Source: an uncultured Clostridia bacterium (GTDB lineage: Bacteria > Bacillota > Clostridia > Christensenellales > UBA1242). Taken from it: a stretch of 64,000 nt of DNA. Every line of letters starts with the position of its first letter. Position 1 is the first letter of the stretch. Positions 57,877 to 64,000 of the stretch are shown one piece after another. The translations under genes were made by a program, and so were the position numbers. The notes under the pieces were generated by a model. It ran no database searches. It was not told the origin of the DNA and saw nothing but the letters and a program-made list of their open reading frames with translations. The stretch lies in assembly GCA_944362545.1 (NCBI GenBank), contig CALVTJ010000003.1:54006-118005 (forward strand). Direction: 5' to 3'.

Positions 57877-58071
57877 ATGCCTAAAATGAAGACACACAGT
57901 GGTGTAAAGAAAAGATTTTCACTCACTGCAACAGGAAAAGTTAAGTATGCAAGACCAAACAAAGGTCACTTCTTGACAAACAAAAACAAAAATCGTAAAA
58001 GAAAACTCAGAAAAGGATCTTATATTGCTGGAAAGAATGCCCAGAATATCAAGACAATGCTCTGCAAGTAA
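57877..58071 (+). CDS. rpmI: 50S ribosomal protein L35
   Basis: MPKMKTHSG.KKRF..TATGK. Confidence 0.97.
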   Translation: MPKMKTHSGVKKRFSLTATGKVKYARPNKGHFLTNKNKNRKRKLRKGSYIAGKNAQNIKTMLCK

Positions 58072-58084
58072 TTAGGAGGGGGAA

Positions 58085-58432
58085 ATGAGAATTAAAAGAG
58101 GAGTAAACGCAGTTAAAAAGCGTAGAAAGATTTTAAAGCAAGCAAAGGGCTATTTTGGAGCAAAGAGCAAACTTTACAGAACAGCAAGACAGGCTGTTAT
58201 GAAGAGCGGGCAATATGCATACATCGGCCGTAAACAAAAGAAGAGAGACTTCCGTGCACTCTGGATTACAAGAATCAACGCGGCTTGCAGAACAAACGAA
58301 ATTTCTTACAGCAGATTTATTTCCGGGCTTAAAAAAGCCAATGTTGCACTCAACAGAAAGGTGCTTGCAGACATGGCAGTGAGAGAACCAGAAGCATTTG
58401 CAAAACTCGTTGAAGTTGCAAAGAAGGCATAA
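58085..58432 (+). CDS. rplT: 50S ribosomal protein L20
   Basis: [35 protein letters not shown]. Confidence 0.98.
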   Translation: MRIKRGVNAVKKRRKILKQAKGYFGAKSKLYRTARQAVMKSGQYAYIGRKQKKRDFRALWITRINAACRTNEISYSRFISGLKKANVALNRKVLADMAVREPEAFAKLVEVAKKA

Positions 58433-58434
58433 CA

Positions 58435-59166
58435 ATGCTTAAAGCGACAAAAAGTTTTATAGCAAACCTAAAAAAGCAAAAACGAGAAAACAAGTCTTTG
58501 CTTTTTTTGGATAATGTCAAAATCATAAAGGATGCACTTGCAAACAAGTCAATCAGGGCAGAATGTCTTTTGACAAGCCAGGACAGTTTGCCATTTGACA
58601 GCATGGGCGTGAAAGTCTTTAAGGTTGATGACAAGACAATAGAACAATTGTCGGACACAAAAACACCACAGAAGGTATTATGCATTGCATACCTTATACC
58701 AAATGTTGTGGAACTTCCAAAAACAAATTTTTTGGTTTTGGATGGGCTTCAAGACCCAGGAAATGTCGGCACACTCATTCGTTCGGCATTTGCCAGCGGT
58801 TTTGAAACAATCTTTTTGGTAGATTCCGTTCGCAGAGAAAACAGCAAACTTGTGAGAAGTTCGGTTGGGGCAGTGTTTAATTCAAAAGTCTATCAAATGT
58901 CACGCGAAAAATTTGTTGAACTTGCAAAGGCAAACAACTTCAATCTTTTGATGTGTGACATGAATGGGGAAAACATCTTCACATTCAAAGCAGATAGACA
59001 GGTTGGTGTTGTAGTTGGAAACGAAGGACAAGGCGTGAGCGATGAAATTGCTTCACTTTGTTATAAAACCGTGATGATACCGATGCAAAAGGGTATTGAA
59101 AGTTTAAATGCTGGAGTGAGCGGTTCTATCATCATGTACGAAATCAACAAATCTAAATTTGAATAA
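58435..59166 (+). CDS. TrmH/SpoU family RNA methyltransferase
   Basis: LQDPGNVGTLIRSA, GNEGQG, IPM....ESLNA. Confidence 0.92.
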   Translation: MLKATKSFIANLKKQKRENKSLLFLDNVKIIKDALANKSIRAECLLTSQDSLPFDSMGVKVFKVDDKTIEQLSDTKTPQKVLCIAYLIPNVVELPKTNFLVLDGLQDPGNVGTLIRSAFASGFETIFLVDSVRRENSKLVRSSVGAVFNSKVYQMSREKFVELAKANNFNLLMCDMNGENIFTFKADRQVGVVVGNEGQGVSDEIASLCYKTVMIPMQKGIESLNAGVSGSIIMYEINKSKFE

Positions 59167-59274
59167 AAAATTCATCAAAAATGATAGATTGTGTGTAAAA
59201 ACCTTAATCATGATACGAAAGCACAACTCAATTCATGAAATAAAATTATAAAATTTAACAAAAGGAGAAGCAAA

Positions 59275-60009
59275 ATGTCAGGACATTCAAAATGGCATAA
59301 TATACAAGCCAAAAAGGGTAAAACAGATGCTGCAAGAGGCAAAATCTTCACAAAAATAGGAAGAGAGATTGCCGTATGCGTAAAAGCAGGCGGTCCTGAT
59401 CCTAATGTTAACAGCAAACTCAAAGACATAATCGCCAAGGCAAAGGAAAACAATATGCCAAATGACAACATTGAAAGGTCAATTAAAAAGGCATCTGGAG
59501 AACTTAGCGGTGTAAATTATGAAGCAACCACTTATGAGGGTTATGGCGTAGGTGGTGCAGCGGTTATTGTTGAATGCTTGACAGACAACAAAAACAGAAC
59601 CGCAGGAGATGTTAGACACGCATTTGACAAACATGGCGGTAGTTTAGGCTCCACAAACTGTGTCTCTTATCTTTTCAAAAGAAAAGGCATTGTAATTGTG
59701 ACAGATGTCAAAGATGTGGACACACTCATGCTTGACGCCATTGAATTTGGTGCTGTGGATGTTGTGGAAGATGAAGATGCGGTTGAAATTATCACCGAAC
59801 CAAATCAAGATGGAAAGATGCGCGAAGAACTTGAAAAGAAGGGATACAATGTCGTTTCTGCAGAGACCGCACTGGTTCCAGATATGTATGTCGATTTGGA
59901 CAAAGACCAAGAAGCAAAGTTTCAGCGCATGATTGATGCTCTTGAAGATTTGGATGATGTTCAAAATGTTTATCACAATGTCAACTTGACAGAAAGTGTT
60001 GAAGAATAA
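59275..60009 (+). CDS. yebC: YebC/PmpR family protein
   Basis: [38 protein letters not shown]. Confidence 0.96.
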   Translation: MSGHSKWHNIQAKKGKTDAARGKIFTKIGREIAVCVKAGGPDPNVNSKLKDIIAKAKENNMPNDNIERSIKKASGELSGVNYEATTYEGYGVGGAAVIVECLTDNKNRTAGDVRHAFDKHGGSLGSTNCVSYLFKRKGIVIVTDVKDVDTLMLDAIEFGAVDVVEDEDAVEIITEPNQDGKMREELEKKGYNVVSAETALVPDMYVDLDKDQEAKFQRMIDALEDLDDVQNVYHNVNLTESVEE

Positions 60010-60033
60010 AAATAACAAAACTTAATTCAAAAT

Positions 60034-60080
60034 AAAGATGGTGACAGTCGAATTTTGAGATGTTTATCCATCTTTTTTTG
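60034..60080 (+). terminator. Probable terminator after yebC
   Basis: AAAGATGG...CCATCTTTTTTT. Confidence 0.55.
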
Positions 60081-60198
60081 TTTTTGCCTGATGGAATTAT
60101 TTTAAGAATTTTGCATTTTCTCTTTTGTGTTTTATGCTATTTAGAATTTGCCATATTTTCATTTGACAAAAAACGCATATTTGTTTTAAAATTGCTAT

Positions 60199-60690
60199 AT
60201 GAGAATTTTAGGAATTGACCCCGGTTATGCCATTGTTGGATATGGAATTATTGATACGGACAGAAACAACGCGGTTGTTGATTATGGAGTGATTGAAACT
60301 CCAAAAGAGGATCCACTTCCTATCAGACTTCAGACAATTGAAGAGGGGCTTCGCGTAATTTTTGAGACATACAAGCCAGATGAAGTGGCAGTGGAAGAAC
60401 TTTTCTATTTCAAAAACCAAACCACTGTCATTCAAGTTGCACAGGCAAGGGGAGTGATTGTGCTGACAAGCCAAAAATATTGCGGGCGCACATTTGAATA
60501 CACTCCAATGCAAATCAAACAGGCGTTGACAGGAAATGGCAGAGCGGACAAAAAACAAATGCAATTTATGGTTAAAAATGTTTTGGGATTGCCGACAATT
60601 CCAAAGCCGGATGATGCGGCGGATGCTCTTGCAGTGGCAATCTGTCACAGTCAAATCAATCCAAGACTAAACTTCAACATGATGTCATAA
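60199..60690 (+). CDS. ruvC: Holliday junction resolvase RuvC (probably leaderless)
   Basis: ILGIDPG, VEELF, G.GRADK.Q, DDAADALAVA; TTGACA-18 bp-TAAAAT ends 6 nt before the ATG. Confidence 0.97.
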   Translation: MRILGIDPGYAIVGYGIIDTDRNNAVVDYGVIETPKEDPLPIRLQTIEEGLRVIFETYKPDEVAVEELFYFKNQTTVIQVAQARGVIVLTSQKYCGRTFEYTPMQIKQALTGNGRADKKQMQFMVKNVLGLPTIPKPDDAADALAVAICHSQINPRLNFNMMS

Positions 60691-60733
60691 CAAGCATTTC
60701 AAACAAAAAGTAAGGGGAACAAAGGGAGAAAAC

Positions 60734-61333
60734 ATGATAGCATTTTTGGTCGGAACAATTGAAGAAAAGAGAGAGAACCTTTTGACACTTGATGTAAATG
60801 GTGTTGGATATGAACTTATCATTTCAAACAACACACTTGTATCTCTTCCAATGGAAGGAGAAACAACAAAGGTTTTGACATATTTGCAAGTGAGCGAAAA
60901 CACCGGTGTATGCCTTTATGGTTTTGCCACAGCAGAAGAAAAGGCAATGTTTTTGAAACTAATCACTGTTTCAGGCATTGGTCCAAAGATGGCTATCACG
61001 ATTTTGTCTGGAATGAAACTTTCTGATTTGGTGGTGGCAATAGTGGGTGGCGATTCCACACTTATTTCCAAAATCAAGGGTCTTGGCAAAAAGAGTGCAG
61101 AGAGAATTTGCTTGGAACTAAAGGATAAAATCTCTACAACATCATTTAATCTTGACAATTCTAGTGTGCTTGACACAAACTATGATGCAAACGCTCTCAA
61201 TGATGCGGTTGAAACACTCATAAACCTTGGCGTGAATAAAAATGAAGCATATAGGCTTGCTCGAAGCAAAGCAACCGACGATGCCACAGCAGAAGAGATT
61301 ATTTTGAAAGTTCTGAAGGATTTGGGAAGATAA
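60734..61333 (+). CDS. ruvA: Holliday junction helicase subunit RuvA
   Basis: V.GVGYE, LYGF, V.GIGPK.A, I.G.GKK.AERI. Confidence 0.96.
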   Translation: MIAFLVGTIEEKRENLLTLDVNGVGYELIISNNTLVSLPMEGETTKVLTYLQVSENTGVCLYGFATAEEKAMFLKLITVSGIGPKMAITILSGMKLSDLVVAIVGGDSTLISKIKGLGKKSAERICLELKDKISTTSFNLDNSSVLDTNYDANALNDAVETLINLGVNKNEAYRLARSKATDDATAEEIILKVLKDLGR

Positions 61334-61335
61334 TA

Positions 61336-61394
61336 ACACAAGATGTTGTGTAGTGTTCAAACAAGCAAATTGCATAATACACAAAATGTTGTTT
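61336..61394. repeat. Intergenic palindrome family copy 4 (two NrdR-box-like cores 43 bp apart)
   Basis: ACACAAGATGTTGTGT (61336) and TGCATAAT-ACACAAAATGTTGTTT (61371-61394). Confidence 0.7.
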
Positions 61395-61407
61395 AAAAGG
61401 AAGTTCT

Positions 61408-62424
61408 ATGGAAGATAGATTTATAACCAGCACAAAAAATTGGACAGATGCGGAAATTGAAAATTCATTGCGTCCAACTTCGCTAGCTGAATATGTTGGG
61501 CAAGAAAAGGTCAAACAAAGTCTTGAAATCTATATCAAAGCGGCAAAATCGAGACATGATGCACTTGACCATGTGCTTTTGTATGGACCACCGGGACTTG
61601 GAAAAACTACACTTGCGCATATCATTGCAAACGAACTTGGTTCACAATTTAAGGTGACATCTGGACCTGCAATTGAGCACGCCGCTGATCTTGCTGCCAT
61701 TTTGACTAATCTTGGCAGAAATGATGTGTTGTTTATTGATGAAATTCACAGACTTAACAAGAGTGTTGAGGAAATTTTGTATCCTGCCATGGAAGACTTT
61801 GCTCTCGATTTCATTGTTGGCAAAGGACCATCAGCAAAAAATATGAGATTGAAAATTCAACCATTCACTCTCATCGGAGCGACCACAAAAGCGGGGATGT
61901 TGACAAGCCCGTTGCGTGACAGATTTGGAGTTATTTGTCGTTTGGAACTCTATGACACACAAGAACTTCAAATTATCATCAAACGTTCTGCAAAGATTTT
62001 AAACATTGAAATTGATGAACAAGCAAGTCTTGACATTGCCAAACGTTCGCGCGGAACTCCGAGAATTGCCAACAGACTTTTAAAGCGTGTGAGAGATTAT
62101 GCCGAAGTTTTGGGCACAGGAAAAATCACAAAGGATATTGCCGACAAAGCACTTTCCAAAATGGAAATTGATGATTTGGGGCTTGACTTTATCGACCATA
62201 AGATTTTGGAGAGCATAATTTATAAATTCGGTGGGGGACCGGTTGGACTTGACACTCTTTCTGCCACTATCAGTGAAGATGCCAGCACAATTGAAGATGT
62301 GTATGAGCCATACCTTCTTCAACTCGGTTTTATTGCCAGAACTCCGCGCGGAAGGGTGGCACTGGAAAGTGCTTACAAGCATTTAGGCATTGCATATCCT
62401 GAGTCAAACAATATAAAATCTTAA
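61408..62424 (+). CDS. ruvB: Holliday junction helicase RuvB
   Basis: [36 protein letters not shown]. Confidence 0.98.
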   Translation: MEDRFITSTKNWTDAEIENSLRPTSLAEYVGQEKVKQSLEIYIKAAKSRHDALDHVLLYGPPGLGKTTLAHIIANELGSQFKVTSGPAIEHAADLAAILTNLGRNDVLFIDEIHRLNKSVEEILYPAMEDFALDFIVGKGPSAKNMRLKIQPFTLIGATTKAGMLTSPLRDRFGVICRLELYDTQELQIIIKRSAKILNIEIDEQASLDIAKRSRGTPRIANRLLKRVRDYAEVLGTGKITKDIADKALSKMEIDDLGLDFIDHKILESIIYKFGGGPVGLDTLSATISEDASTIEDVYEPYLLQLGFIARTPRGRVALESAYKHLGIAYPESNNIKS

Positions 62425-62555
62425 AACAAACACAATCAAACAAAAGAAAATCAAAAATTAAAACAGAGAAACCTAAAATCAAATCAATATCAAATTCAAA
62501 CTTATTTGAACACACATTTATGTGTCAAATTCGCTGAAAACTTAAAAGGAAAATT

Positions 62556-63614
62556 ATGCAAGAGGAAAAAACACCTAGGGAACTTTTGAAAAGTACCTAT
62601 TTTTATGATTTGCCAACGGAACTTATTGCGCAGACTCCAATTGAGCCTCGTGACCATTCCAGACTTTTGTGCTACAATCGCAAGACCAAGAAAATTCAGC
62701 ACAAGCATTTTTATGACATTCTCGACTTTCTGGGGCCGGGAGATGTTTTGGTGGTCAACAATTCCAAGGTTTTGCCAGCGAGATTATATGGCTACAAAAC
62801 AGAGACAGGCGCCAAAATTGAAATATTGCTCCAAAAGCGTATTGATTTGAAAAATTGGGAAGTTATTGCAAGACCGCAAAAACGCCTGAAAATTGGCACA
62901 GAAGTTGTTTTCAACAAAAATATCAAATGCACAGTGACCGAAATTGGCGACTTTGGTTCTTGCAAAGTCAAGTTTTACTATGATGACAGCAAAACATTTG
63001 AAGAACATCTCATGGAAATTGGAACAATGCCACTTCCACCATATATAAAAGAAAAACTCAAAGACCAAAACAGATATCAAACTGTCTATGCCAAAGTAAA
63101 CGGTTCAAGTGCAGCACCAACAGCTGGACTTCACTTTACAAAAGAATTGATTGAGAAAATCAAAGCAAAAGGTGTGGAGTTTGTTGAAGTGCTGTTGCAT
63201 GTTGGACTCGGCACATTCAGACCGGTCAACGAAGACAACATCAAAGACCACGAAATGCACAGCGAATATTTTGAAATCTCACCAGAAGTAGCCGACAAAA
63301 TCAACAGGGCAAAACGCGAAGGGCGTAGGGTGATTGCGGTTGGCACAACATCTGTGAGAACTCTTGAAAGCGGGGTGGATGAAAACGGAATTTTGCAGCC
63401 GCAAAAGCGTGAAACCAAGATTTTCATCTATCCGCCATACAAATTCAAAATTGTTGATGCACTTATCACAAATTTCCATTTGCCAGAGAGCACGCTTATC
63501 ATGCTCATCTCGGCATTTGTTGGAGACATTGATGAAACACTCAATATTTATAAACTTGCAGTCAAAGAAAAATATAGATTTTTCAGTTTTGGCGATGCAA
63601 TGTTTATTGAATAG
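62556..63614 (+). CDS. queA: S-adenosylmethionine:tRNA ribosyltransferase-isomerase
   Basis: YDLP.ELIAQ.P, PLPPYI, AAPTAGLHF, HVGLGTF, TNFHLP.S, YRFFSFGDAM. Confidence 0.98.
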   Translation: MQEEKTPRELLKSTYFYDLPTELIAQTPIEPRDHSRLLCYNRKTKKIQHKHFYDILDFLGPGDVLVVNNSKVLPARLYGYKTETGAKIEILLQKRIDLKNWEVIARPQKRLKIGTEVVFNKNIKCTVTEIGDFGSCKVKFYYDDSKTFEEHLMEIGTMPLPPYIKEKLKDQNRYQTVYAKVNGSSAAPTAGLHFTKELIEKIKAKGVEFVEVLLHVGLGTFRPVNEDNIKDHEMHSEYFEISPEVADKINRAKREGRRVIAVGTTSVRTLESGVDENGILQPQKRETKIFIYPPYKFKIVDALITNFHLPESTLIMLISAFVGDIDETLNIYKLAVKEKYRFFSFGDAMFIE

Positions 63615-63689
63615 TGTACAAATTTTACGATGTCATTATTTCGAAAATTTTTAAAATTTGAAAATGCCTTTAAACTGCAAAACATTTAA

Positions 63690-64000
<311 letters not shown>

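Noticed and set aside
62425-62505. A/C-rich low-complexity tract after ruvB
   Set aside because: No periodic unit, ORF or pairing; probably a degenerate spacer

Overview
AT-rich core-chromosome segment of a spore-forming Clostridia-class bacterium (Bacillota). The gene order and degenerate proteins suggest a streamlined, probably uncultured host-associated lineage; this is an inference. Contents in order: frr-uppS-cdsA-rseP, a PolC-derived exonuclease, the rimP-nusA-infB-rbfA-nrnA-truB operon, efp, a MerR regulator, tdk, lepA-hemW, ylxM-ffh-rpsP-khpA-rimM-trmD-rbgA-yraN, rplS, transporters, lgt, a degenerate Rho, lysS-nth-obgE-yhbY, rsfS, ywlE-rpiB, gap, the large SRP RNA, a complete spoIIIAA-AH operon, nusB-xseAB-proS, infC-rpmI-rplT, yebC, ruvCAB and queA-tgt. 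I found no mobile element, prophage, CRISPR array, tRNA or rRNA. The most unusual signals are: (1) a PolC with no PHP or polymerase domain that keeps NTD+OB+DEDDh exonuclease and has a clamp-binding-like motif, possibly a dedicated proofreader; (2) a self-regulated MerR gene with an in-frame internal SD/ATG that could produce a stand-alone tandem lipocalin-like domain (TipA-like logic); (3) an orphan CdnE/cGAS-like nucleotidyltransferase with a degenerate active site next to gap; (4) a Rho lacking Walker A; (5) a four-copy intergenic palindrome with an NrdR-box-like core in front of non-nrd genes; (6) several apparently leaderless genes. All family calls were made by eye from motifs and synteny, with no database searches.
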